Shown here: positions 36,162-45,121 of the stretch, piece by piece | How the letters are laid out: every line of letters starts with the position of its first letter | How positions within the stretch are numbered: position 1 is the first letter of the stretch | Source of the DNA: an uncultured Enterobacteriaceae bacterium | GTDB taxonomy: Bacteria; Myxococcota_A; UBA9042 | NCBI GenBank assembly: GCA_964560875.1 | Contig: CAZLMW010000005.1 | Coordinates: 3,882 to 67,881, forward strand | Reading direction: 5' to 3' | Length of the DNA stretch: 64,000 nt | Position numbers and translations under genes: made by a program | The notes under the pieces: generated by a model | The model's input: the letters and a program-made list of their open reading frames with translations, nothing else | Databases searched by the model: none | What the model was told of the DNA's origin: nothing

Positions 36162-36686
36162 TCATATGCCGCCCGGCCGCGGCCATTTCAGCCAGAGTTC
36201 GATGATGGGATGCGGTGCAGCGTTGCCTGGTGAGGGCCCGAATCCGACGCCGGCAAATGCGGTCCGCTTGACCTTCTTGCCGCCGAGCATCATCGCGACG
36301 CGAGCGTCTCCGTACACCTTGACGAGCAGAGGTCCTCCGCCGTCGTCGGATTGCAGCAAGAACGGCATGAACCCGGCGGCGGGTATCGCAACCTTGTCGG
36401 CGTGTCGGTCGGCCAGCAGGTAGAGGCGGTCCCGTTTTTCGTCGACGTGGATGTACAAGCTGCCCCACGGTTCATCCGACGGTTGCGCCTGCCATTCGAC
36501 ACACTCGGTGACCGTGCCGAGGCCGGTGAAGGCGCCGTCGATGGTCAGCGGAATCGGGCATTGAATTGTCTCGTCATCGCCGGGCGCGGCGACACGACCG
36601 CATCCAGCCGCCACCATGAGCACGAGCGACAGGCCAACGCGCAACAAGTGAGCGAGGCGTCGGTCGGCGATCGGCAGCGGCAACAT
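36162..36686 (-). CDS. Hypothetical lipoprotein
   Basis: Signal peptide LSLVLMVAAGCG. 175 aa, immediately upstream of the IPT gene. Confidence 0.55.
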   Translation of the reverse strand: MLPLPIADRRLAHLLRVGLSLVLMVAAGCGRVAAPGDDETIQCPIPLTIDGAFTGLGTVTECVEWQAQPSDEPWGSLYIHVDEKRDRLYLLADRHADKVAIPAAGFMPFLLQSDDGGGPLLVKVYGDARVAMMLGGKKVKRTAFAGVGFGPSPGNAAPHPIIELWLKWPRPGGI

Positions 36687-36911
36687 CGTCGCAGTGTACC
36701 CCACAATCACCGGCTGCCCGGCACGGTCAATGCGCGCCGGACCGGCATCTGGTTGCGGGTTGTGGTGCCGTCGTTGCGCTGTTCAGCGGACGGGGGCCTC
36801 TTTGGCCCGGAAGACGCCAGGCAAACCTGTGTCCCGTCAACTGGTCAGCGATTTCGGACTTGGGTTCACGCTACCGCAAGCCGTTGCACAGCCGACCGTG
36901 CCAAAACCGTG

Positions 36912-37052
36912 CACCCGGACCGTCCGCGGGGGCATTTTTCAAGGCCATATGCCCCTGCGTGGCTCGTAGAGGCCACTGGAGCGGTTTTGATAGGGGGGTG
37001 CGGCATCAATACCTTCGAGCGGCGATCGGCCCGTAGAGACGGTTCTACGGGC
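36912..37052 (-). repeat. About 130-nt structured intergenic repeat element, copy 2 (inverted relative to copy 1)
   Basis: The reverse complement aligns to 11727-11858 at roughly 85% identity. Contains the CCCGTAGA-GACGGT-TCTACGGG hairpin. Confidence 0.6.
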
Positions 37053-37175
37053 AAACGGCCAACCGTCGCGCCTCGGCGACTTCTCGCTCTGGGAGCTCCT
37101 GCGCCGGGCGCGGCGACGCGACCGCATCCAGCCGCCACCATTGCTTCGGCGGCGGTTTTTCGAGACGTTGGTGCC

Positions 37176-37769
37176 GTGGACGCCGAGCGACTCTACGTGC
37201 AGCCCGATGTGTACGGGCATGCCTACGACCTCTTCCTGCATCCGCTCGACGGTGGGCAAGCGGCGTTGGCGGCGATCCTCGGCGCGCTGGGGACCCATCC
37301 GGCGTTTGGCGACTGGTACGTCGGCTCCGACCACGGCTGGCGGCTGACCACACCCAAGCTCGCAGTCGAAGCCGAGGTGCTCCAGCTGGTCGCGGCATCC
37401 AAGACCATCGGATCGGTGGCGAACCTCGGCGGCAACCGACGCCTGGCTTTCTTCGCCATCGTCTTCTTGCAGCCGCCGGTGTCGATCAACCTGTGGACGA
37501 AGATGTCCGAGGTGGTGGGCGCCTTTGGTTTGCGCGACGACGACGACGACGACGACGCTCCGACGACACCATGGCGCCGCGTGATGGACAGCTTCTACCG
37601 CGACCTCGCCGAGCGTGCGCACGCCGCCTCGCCGCTGCACGGCGCGTTGATCGGGCCCGAGGTCGAAAACGAGCTGGATTGGACGGCGCCGCTGCCCGAA
37701 GACCGCTGGGAAGGCACGCTCATCGCCATGGCCGATGGGTTGCACTGGCATCCCGCGACGCGCTGGTAG
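37176..37769 (+). CDS. Hypothetical protein with a poly-Asp tract (GTG start inferred)
   Basis: Protein-like C-terminal 200 aa of a long ORF. (GAC)7 gives DDDDDDD. No ATG, so GTG at 37176 is chosen. Confidence 0.35.
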   Translation: MDAERLYVQPDVYGHAYDLFLHPLDGGQAALAAILGALGTHPAFGDWYVGSDHGWRLTTPKLAVEAEVLQLVAASKTIGSVANLGGNRRLAFFAIVFLQPPVSINLWTKMSEVVGAFGLRDDDDDDDAPTTPWRRVMDSFYRDLAERAHAASPLHGALIGPEVENELDWTAPLPEDRWEGTLIAMADGLHWHPATRW

Positions 37770-38252
37770 CAAGGTGAGGGGACCGTATTGCCGCGAATCG
37801 GGTCTGCCGCGGCCGAGGGCGGAGAGCCTTGGGCTCGCTTTGGGCGATGGCGCCCGAGCACGCCGCTAACGCGTCGTGCCGGTTGGTTCGGATACGGCGT
37901 CGGCGGCCGCGGCCGATGGCGGACTCGGAAATGGCGGACGTCGGATTCTCGGAGCTCGGACGGCGGGAAAGCGCCGCAGATTCCGGCCGCCGCGTCTGCT
38001 TTGCAGCCCCGCCTTTACTGCTTGTCGGCGCGGACGAGATTGGCTGGATTCAACGGCTCGCCCATCCGGGCGGCCGCGCAGCGGTATTGGGTGCAGCCTT
38101 TCTGCGCGAAACAGATTCGCCGTCGTTTCGCCTCTTGGCGCCGCACGAACGGCAACAGTCCGCGCTGGGAAACCAGCGATTCTCGTCGCAAAGAAGCGCA
38201 TCGATAGTGGGTTGTAGAGCGGTGCTCGCGAGATTGAGCGATCGCTGCGGTC

Positions 38253-38948
38253 TCATCGAATGGCGGTCACCGACCAGCCGCCGCGCTCCATCCTGTAGGC
38301 CTTGCGCCCGGTCAATAACCCACCGACGACCGCGCCGATCAGAGCGCCTCCGCCAATTGCGAGTGGCGCCACCCAGTCGTCGGTAGGTTCGCAGAACCGG
38401 TCGGGCGAACATGCCTGCAAACGGGCAATGTCGGCGACGATCGCGGCGATCGCCCCTATTCCTGCGCCAACGCCACTGCCGATACCCACCAGGCTGCGCG
38501 GCGCGAGGTCGAGCTGCCGGAGCTTGTCGGGCGGGATGCGCCACGGGCTCGCATCGGCGCGGTTTCTGCACACGTAGACCGAGCCATCCGCCGCGTGACC
38601 ACAGGCGATAACGGGACGTCCGTCGAAGTGAAAACCACCAACCGAAGGCGCGGCGCTCACGATGATGCGGGTGCCCTTGGGGATCACCACGTGAGTGGGG
38701 CCTTTCTCTTCGAAACGGTCCGGGAATTGGTCGAGCGGAACGGGCTTGGCGACGGGCCGCACGATGACGATCGCGTCCCGCGCGTCGGCCGGTGTCTTGT
38801 TGCTCATCGTGTAGCGGTGAATGGTACAGCCCGAGGCGACGGCCAGCAGGGCCACGCCGACAAGCCCCGACACGAGGAGCCGACGAATCGACCGCGAACA
38901 AGCGGACGTCTTGGAGTGGTCGCCACGCATCCTGCCCGCCCTTCTCAT
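38253..38948 (-). CDS. Hypothetical lipoprotein with a C-terminal glycine-zipper membrane segment
   Basis: Lipobox LAVASGCT. GIGSGVGAGIGAIAAI and GGGALIGAVVGGLL Gly-zipper helices. Confidence 0.55.
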   Translation of the reverse strand: MRRAGRMRGDHSKTSACSRSIRRLLVSGLVGVALLAVASGCTIHRYTMSNKTPADARDAIVIVRPVAKPVPLDQFPDRFEEKGPTHVVIPKGTRIIVSAAPSVGGFHFDGRPVIACGHAADGSVYVCRNRADASPWRIPPDKLRQLDLAPRSLVGIGSGVGAGIGAIAAIVADIARLQACSPDRFCEPTDDWVAPLAIGGGALIGAVVGGLLTGRKAYRMERGGWSVTAIR

Positions 38949-39035
38949 AACGCACGCGCCCTGCCGCGCTGTGTTCGGCGTCCTGCGCCCCTTCGCCGCT
39001 TTGATGTGACGCTGCCACACCGGCAGCGTCGAAAG

Positions 39036-39100
39036 ACCACATGACTTGAACATCGAACGGCATGCCTCCGCGCTTTGATGAGAAGACCGGGCTAGAAGCG
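39036..39100 (+). repeat. X-Y intergenic repeat, copy B
   Basis: GACCACATGACTTGAACATCGAACGGCATGCC + TTTGATGAGAAGACCGGGCTAG. Overlaps the stop codon of the 39092-40414 gene and is preceded by a 9-bp-stem hairpin (39008-39030). Confidence 0.5.
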
Positions 39101-40414
39101 CCAGAAGAAGCCGAGAATGAGCGGCTGGATGTGCAACTGCAGCCGGAACGTGCGGGTCGCGGCGAACATGAATCCAACGTCCGCGCCGGCCCCGGTGTCG
39201 CCGGTCAGGTAGTTGTAGGCGTCGGGGTCATACCAAGCGACCAGCATCAGCTTCACGCGCGGGGTGAGGTCCATGTCCATGCCCGCCCAGATGCGCCACG
39301 GCAGCTGTTCGGTGACCTTGTTCTCTTGGACCACGAGTTGGTTGGTGCCGACCTGGCCGCCGGCCGTGAGCCCGAGACGACCGCCCGTTCGTTGCGCAAG
39401 CGACACGGTTTGCACGAGGTAGAGCTGTGTCTGCCAGCCAAACTCCGGCTTGTAGTTAAGCTTCGAGCAGTCGCTGGGGTCGGGCAGGTTGCAGCGTTTT
39501 GTCGACCCGAAAAATGACGTCAGCGTGTCGCTGTAGAACTCCATGTCGCTGTGTTCGGCGCCGGGCCGCAGGGTGGTTTTCGTCGTGGTGCCCGAGCGAC
39601 TGTCGGTGCGGGTCCAGCCATTGAGCGTCTTGTAGTTGAGGCGCAGACCGACCGTGGTGAGCACGTCGCGCTCGGCCGTCCGGTTGGCGAAGATGTTGAA
39701 CTTCAGCTCGATATTGGGGTTGGCAGAACCCGCTGTATTGAGTCCGAGCAGCTGCACGACGTTGATCGACGCCAGCATCCAATCGGTGAATCCATACGCG
39801 AACGAGAGGCCGCTGATGTACCGGTCCCCCGCGTTGAACGTGTACGCCGTCGGATCGAAGAAGAGGTCGACGGGCGGCTCGATGGCGTGGCTGAACTTGC
39901 CGCTGGCCTGGTCGCCGCCAATCGGGCGTCCGGTCGGGTCGAGCGTGGTTGTGTCGAACGCCCGCACCTGCGACTTGAGCACGTCGAGCCGCCCCATCGC
40001 GCTCCTGATGAAGAAATGGGTCTTGGTCTGGTGCAGCAGGAGCCCGGTCACCGTGTTGCCGTCGGTCGTCTTGAGGCGGATACGGGTCTGCAGCAGGCGA
40101 TTCTTGGCGATGCGCACCCGACCCATCGAAGTCTGCACCTGGTAGGACGCGGTCGACTCGCCGGTGATCTTCCCCGTGACGCTGGTGCCGTCGACCATCC
40201 GGAAGGTGCGCGTGATGCCGTCTTTGACCGGCCGCATCGGGCCGTCGACGGTCTTGCCGTATGCCGACGCCGACGCCGGCGGCGAGTCGACCCGCGTGGG
40301 CATGGGCGGTCGTCGGGTCGGATCCTGGCCGTGGCCGATGGACGGCGCGAGAAAGAGCGTGATCGTGATCAGCGCCGTCGTCAGCGCTGGCTCCCGCGTG
40401 GTTGGGTCCGTCAT
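39092..40414 (-). CDS. Outer-membrane beta-barrel protein, hypothetical
   Basis: Signal peptide. Alternating amphipathic beta-strands. C-terminal ...LILGFFWRF with a terminal Phe. Confidence 0.55.
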   Translation of the reverse strand: MTDPTTREPALTTALITITLFLAPSIGHGQDPTRRPPMPTRVDSPPASASAYGKTVDGPMRPVKDGITRTFRMVDGTSVTGKITGESTASYQVQTSMGRVRIAKNRLLQTRIRLKTTDGNTVTGLLLHQTKTHFFIRSAMGRLDVLKSQVRAFDTTTLDPTGRPIGGDQASGKFSHAIEPPVDLFFDPTAYTFNAGDRYISGLSFAYGFTDWMLASINVVQLLGLNTAGSANPNIELKFNIFANRTAERDVLTTVGLRLNYKTLNGWTRTDSRSGTTTKTTLRPGAEHSDMEFYSDTLTSFFGSTKRCNLPDPSDCSKLNYKPEFGWQTQLYLVQTVSLAQRTGGRLGLTAGGQVGTNQLVVQENKVTEQLPWRIWAGMDMDLTPRVKLMLVAWYDPDAYNYLTGDTGAGADVGFMFAATRTFRLQLHIQPLILGFFWRF

Positions 40415-40432
40415 GGCGTCCTCCTCGGTGCG

Positions 40433-41590
40433 CTACAGCACGACGTAGGCGTCTTCGAGCAGCACATAGAGCCGCTCGAACGACCACGTGCGGCCGCCGC
40501 GGGTGATCGTCCCGCTCGCCTCGCCGTAGTACTGGTTGAAATCCCGCTCGAAGAGCCACAGCTCTGCGGACTTGTTGCGGCGATGGAACATCCGGTCGCG
40601 GCCCTTGGGCGGCTTCACCGTCATGTCGAGCCCGTCGTCGCCCGGTTTGCTGCCCGTATGGACCCGCCACGGCGACGTGGTCCGCGTGGACGCGTCGTTC
40701 AGCCTGTAGTCGAAGTGCAGCTGCGGGACCTTGAAGATCTGGCCGTCGACCCACAGCGCGAACGCCTTGGCGTCGACGAACGGCTTGGTGCGCTCCTTGT
40801 CGACGGAGCCCTGCAGCGCGATTGTCGCCGTCGCACCGTTCGCGAGGTCGGTCGCCACGCCCGCCATCGCGACGTAGTTCCAGTTCATGGTGGTGCGCTT
40901 GTGGCCGATGGTCCGGTCGTAGAGGCCGAGCGAACCGGGGGCCAGGGTGTGCTTGGTGCCGTCGAGGGTCAGCGCGCCTTCGTCCAGGCGAATATTTCCC
41001 CAGAAGATGAGATCGCCGTAGCCCGCTTGGTACGCCGTGGTCTGGATCAGCGGACGGTCGAAGATCTCGGTGGCGCGGCCGACGATGTCGATGCCGTCGG
41101 TCTTCAGTTCGAAAGTGAGCACGCCGTCTTTGAGCGCGATGGATGAGCCGGTGTCCGAGTCGGTGAAGGAAGTCGCGGCGTCGTCGCCGGAGATCTGGTC
41201 GCCAAACGTGTAGACGATGTCTTCTTCGTAGAACTCGCCGGTCGTCTTGTCCGAAACAGCGATGGCGAGGTTGCCAGCGATGTCGGTGACGACCAGCTGC
41301 GCGACGACGTAGTACTTCGGGTCATCGATGTTGAAGTGCAGCCAGGTCTTGAACGTGTAGGCCTCACCGGTGGCGTCACCCGCGTTGAACTTACCGTCGA
41401 ATTTCGACCACCAGCCCGGCACATAGTTGCCGTTACCGTCGACCATGCGCGGCGGTCCATCGCGCATCTCCAGGTACTTGCCAGCGCTCGCGTCGACGCG
41501 GTCGGGGATGTCGATGCAGGCGCTCGTTGAACAGAGGGCCAAGACCGAGACGACGATGGCGATGGGACGCAGGCGTGTTTCAAAGCGCAT
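40433..41590 (-). CDS. Hypothetical lipoprotein
   Basis: Signal peptide with lipobox LALCSTSAC. 385 aa. No family assigned with confidence. Confidence 0.5.
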   Translation of the reverse strand: MRFETRLRPIAIVVSVLALCSTSACIDIPDRVDASAGKYLEMRDGPPRMVDGNGNYVPGWWSKFDGKFNAGDATGEAYTFKTWLHFNIDDPKYYVVAQLVVTDIAGNLAIAVSDKTTGEFYEEDIVYTFGDQISGDDAATSFTDSDTGSSIALKDGVLTFELKTDGIDIVGRATEIFDRPLIQTTAYQAGYGDLIFWGNIRLDEGALTLDGTKHTLAPGSLGLYDRTIGHKRTTMNWNYVAMAGVATDLANGATATIALQGSVDKERTKPFVDAKAFALWVDGQIFKVPQLHFDYRLNDASTRTTSPWRVHTGSKPGDDGLDMTVKPPKGRDRMFHRRNKSAELWLFERDFNQYYGEASGTITRGGRTWSFERLYVLLEDAYVVL

Positions 41591-42092
41591 AGCCGATTCC
41601 GATGCGGGGGTTGATGCCGATGGCGAAGAGGCTGCCCATGCCATCGACCGCCACCTCGGCGACCAATCGGCCGAACCTCTTGCGCACGCCGAGGCCTACG
41701 AAACCGATGGGCAGGACCGGCGCGACGTCGGCCGCGTACACGCCCAGCGCGATGCCGCCGAACGGCTCCACGGGCAGGTCACCGATGGCATATGACCAGC
41801 CGACGCGACCACCGACGAGGGCCGCCGATGTGTCCGTGGGCATGAAGTGCAGCCACTCCACCTGCGCGACGAACGCGTGGTCGCCGCCGCTCCTGCGCCA
41901 CTGCAGCGCCAGGTCTGCGGCCGGGACGGACAGGCCGTTGTAGACATGGCGCATCTGCGCGGCGCCGGCCTGCAAGCTGACGACGTTTTCGGCCTCACTG
42001 GCGAACGCTGCGCCCGAAACGAGCGTCGCCAGGAGCAGGGAGAGTCCAGCCGCACGAAGCGATGCACAGCCTTGTCGGTGAAGTTGACGCAT
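41580..42092 (-). CDS. Small secreted beta-rich protein, hypothetical
   Basis: Signal peptide LLLATLVSGAAFA. 170 aa, overlaps the downstream gene by 11 nt. Confidence 0.45.
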   Translation of the reverse strand: MRQLHRQGCASLRAAGLSLLLATLVSGAAFASEAENVVSLQAGAAQMRHVYNGLSVPAADLALQWRRSGGDHAFVAQVEWLHFMPTDTSAALVGGRVGWSYAIGDLPVEPFGGIALGVYAADVAPVLPIGFVGLGVRKRFGRLVAEVAVDGMGSLFAIGINPRIGIGYAL

Positions 42093-42300
42093 AACGGTCC
42101 ACTGCAAGTTCGTTGGTGCAGCGGAGGAATGCGAAGCTCGTACCAGCACCGTCTAGCGACCGAGAAAACCCCTTGTTTCCATGTCTTTATGGGGTACTGG
42201 TGGCGCACGGCCTGACGAGCGAAGGAGCGCTCATCGGCCATGCAAACACCCACAAATGGGGCACTGTCCCGCTAGTGTGACGCTCGCCGGCGCGACGGAC

Positions 42301-43686
42301 TCAGCTGCGGTAGCGGACCAGATCGGCGGTGTCGATCCCCGCCGCGGCGAGCCACCGATAGACCTGCTTGCGGTCACGACCGAGCGCGCGCCCGACGGCG
42401 TTGACGTTGCCGTTTTTCTGGCGGAGCAGCGACTCGAGTGTCGCTCGGTCTGGCGTCCTGGTCCGCGGCGCTGTCGGGGGCGGAGGAGGTTCGGGCGCCG
42501 ATTGCGGTGTCGATTCGGCTTCGAGGGCGGGTACCCGGATCCAGTCGGGCAAGCTCGCGACCGGGCTACGGCCGCGACCGATTCCGCCGTGCAACGTGCG
42601 CAGAGCGACGTGGAGCCCGCGCAGGTTGTCATGCCAGGGATCGCAGAGCAGGGCCTCGATCGCGTCGCCATCGAGGACGTCCTGCCAACGACCGTGGCTG
42701 GACGTGAACACGACAGCGGCGAGCGCCATCAGGTCGGCGCGGCGGCGACCGAGCGGCGCGAGGACGACCCTGTGGTGCCGCAACCGCGCGAGCAGGTCGG
42801 CTCGGAAGCGTCCCCCGGCGACCATGTCATCGAGGTCGGCGTTCGTCGACGCGATGACTTTCACATCGACACGCGAGTCCGTCGTGCCTCCGACCGGACG
42901 GATGACGCCGTCTTCGATGACACGCAGCAGCTTGGCCTGCAACTCCAGCGATAGCTCGCCGATTTCGTCGAGCACGAGGGTGCCGCCGTCCGCTTCGCGG
43001 AAACGTCCCGTGCGGCTGCGATCGGCGCCCGAAAACGCCCCGCGGACGTGGCCGAAGATTTCCGATTCAAAGAGGTTGGCGGGCACGGCTGCCACGTTCA
43101 GTCGAACGAGAGCACCGCCGGCACCGCTCAGCCTGTGAATGGCGCCCGCCACGAATTCCTTGCCCGTGCCCGATGCACCGTAGATGAGTGTAGGACGTCG
43201 ATCCGCAGCGGCTTCGTGCGCAGCTGCGCGGCTGCGCCGAGCGGCGACGGACAGGCCGGGGATCTCACGGACGTCGAGGCAGTCGTCGCCATCGCCGGGC
43301 CCGCGGCGTTCGACCGCGAACAACGTGTCACCCAGGCGCAAGATGTCGCCGTGATCAAGCGTTGATTCAACGACCCGCTGGCCGTTATGCCAGACGCCAT
43401 TTTGGCTCTCGAGATCGCGCACTCGGACTGCGTCGGCGCCAGGCTGCACCGTCACAAGAGCGTGTTCGCGCGAGATCAATCGGTCGCGAATGCGGATGTG
43501 GCCGCCAGCTTCGCGCGGGCGTCGCCCGATCACGTGCGATCCCGTGTCGATTGGAACCGTCCTTGCATTGTGAAGCACCGAACCCTCTTCATCGGGTCCA
43601 TGCACCACATGGAGCAGCCAACGCACGTCAGTATTGTCGGTAGCTCGCGACGGCGGGCGTCGCGGGGTTGTCGTCGATGCGGTCAT
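42301..43686 (-). CDS. Sigma-54-dependent transcriptional activator with an N-terminal FHA domain
   Basis: FHA (HVIGRRP...LISREHALV...GVWHNGQRV). AAA+ domain (GASGTGKE, ESEIFGHVRGAFSGA = GAFTGA motif). C-terminal HTH. Confidence 0.85.
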   Translation of the reverse strand: MTASTTTPRRPPSRATDNTDVRWLLHVVHGPDEEGSVLHNARTVPIDTGSHVIGRRPREAGGHIRIRDRLISREHALVTVQPGADAVRVRDLESQNGVWHNGQRVVESTLDHGDILRLGDTLFAVERRGPGDGDDCLDVREIPGLSVAARRSRAAAHEAAADRRPTLIYGASGTGKEFVAGAIHRLSGAGGALVRLNVAAVPANLFESEIFGHVRGAFSGADRSRTGRFREADGGTLVLDEIGELSLELQAKLLRVIEDGVIRPVGGTTDSRVDVKVIASTNADLDDMVAGGRFRADLLARLRHHRVVLAPLGRRRADLMALAAVVFTSSHGRWQDVLDGDAIEALLCDPWHDNLRGLHVALRTLHGGIGRGRSPVASLPDWIRVPALEAESTPQSAPEPPPPPTAPRTRTPDRATLESLLRQKNGNVNAVGRALGRDRKQVYRWLAAAGIDTADLVRYRS

Positions 43687-43769
43687 CGAAGATCCCGATG
43701 TTGTTCATACGGACGAATGAGTAATGCAATGGTAGACGGTAGAGCCTCTCAGAACCAATCGACGCAGCA

Positions 43770-45065
43770 ATGACCGGCCTGTCCCCCGATCGAAGGTGCC
43801 CCGTGTGCGGCTTGCGGACCGGTGCGGTTCGATGCCCGGACGACGGGACGGCAACCGTCAGCATCGCACCCAACGAATCGCGCGTGGTGCTGCCCCCCGG
43901 CCATGTCATTGACGGGCGCTATCGCATCGATGACGTCGTCGGAAAGGGCGGCTTTTGTACGGTCTACGCGGCTGAGCACACCGGCACCGGGCAGGCGGTG
44001 GCGATCAAAGTGTTGGATCGCCTGTCCGACAGTGACGACGGCAGCCGCCGCTTTCACCGGGAAGCGCGCGCCACCGCTTCGCTGCGCCACCCCAACACGG
44101 TCCGTGTTTTCGACGTCGGGGAGACGCACAATGGCGCGCTCTACCTCGCGATGGAGCTGCTCCGCGGCGGGACTCTGGAGGCGGAGATCGCGCGTCGACG
44201 TACCGCTGGAGCCGTGCTCGGTGAGGCCGAGGCCATCGAGGTCGGCTTGCAGGTGCTCGGCAGCCTCGAAGAGGCCCATGCCAGGGGCCTTGTTCATCGC
44301 GATCTGAAGCCGGGCAACATCGCCGTGTGCACCCCCGAGGATGTCGGCGTCGGTTCGTCGGTCGAGGCGGCGCTGACCATCAAGGTCCTCGACTTCGGCA
44401 TCGCACGCGAGCACGGCTCCAACCTCACGGACGACCACAAGACGCTCGGCACCCCGGCCTATATGAGCCCGGAGCAATGCCAGGGCCTGCCTGTCGACGG
44501 TCGCAGCGATCTCTACGCACTTGGGGCCGTCCTGTGGGAGTGCGTTTGCGGCGAGCGGCTCTTCGCGGATGGCAACTCAATGTCGGTTATGTTCCAGCAC
44601 GCCTATCACGAGCATCCACCGCTGCAGCGCGCGGCCCGGACACCGCTGAGCGCGGCTTTCATCGCGACCGTCGAGCGCGCGCTCAAGAAACACCCACGTG
44701 AACGATTCGCCAGCGCGGCCGAGATGCGCCGATCCTTGCAGCAGGTTGCCGCCGTTCAATCCGTCGCGACATCCGGACCCTTGGACGCCATTGCCGCACC
44801 GACGAGCCGGGGGCCATCGAGCACGCGGTTGCGGCCTTCTTCGTCCACGATGCCGCGGCACGAAGGCCTGCGCGCGTCCTCCGCTGCCATCCCTGCGGTG
44901 CTGTCCGAAGAAGACGACAGCGACCAGGCCGCCGTCCGCATGATCCTGTTCGTAGGCGTGCTCCTCAGCATTCTTGGCGTGGTCGCATTCCTGCTCGGGG
45001 AGATCACCGACGATGAGGTCGCGCCCGCCCCGGCGGCGCTTGTTGCACCGGATGCGAACCCGTGA
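43770..45065 (+). CDS. Ser/Thr protein kinase (Hanks-type) with a C-terminal TM anchor
   Basis: GKGGFCTVY, AIKVL, HRDLKPGNI, DFGIA, APE motifs. Divergent from the FHA-sigma54 activator. Confidence 0.85.
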   Translation: MTGLSPDRRCPVCGLRTGAVRCPDDGTATVSIAPNESRVVLPPGHVIDGRYRIDDVVGKGGFCTVYAAEHTGTGQAVAIKVLDRLSDSDDGSRRFHREARATASLRHPNTVRVFDVGETHNGALYLAMELLRGGTLEAEIARRRTAGAVLGEAEAIEVGLQVLGSLEEAHARGLVHRDLKPGNIAVCTPEDVGVGSSVEAALTIKVLDFGIAREHGSNLTDDHKTLGTPAYMSPEQCQGLPVDGRSDLYALGAVLWECVCGERLFADGNSMSVMFQHAYHEHPPLQRAARTPLSAAFIATVERALKKHPRERFASAAEMRRSLQQVAAVQSVATSGPLDAIAAPTSRGPSSTRLRPSSSTMPRHEGLRASSAAIPAVLSEEDDSDQAAVRMILFVGVLLSILGVVAFLLGEITDDEVAPAPAALVAPDANP

Positions 45066-45121
45066 CGGGCGGGCTTCACCAGCCGGTCACCGCCATCGGT
45101 AGGGGCCTGGCGAGCGGACAA

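Noticed and set aside
37788-38386. Overlapping ORFs in the ~480-bp gap between 37769 and 38253
   Set aside because: Arg/Pro/Ser-rich, no motifs and no start context. Treated as non-coding spacer, though an sRNA cannot be excluded.
42093-42300. Sigma-54 promoter (TGGCAC-N5-TTGC) upstream of the genes next to the FHA-EBP
   Set aside because: Only GG/GC pairs with wrong spacing were found by eye (e.g. TGGGTGTTTGCA). No convincing -24/-12 element.
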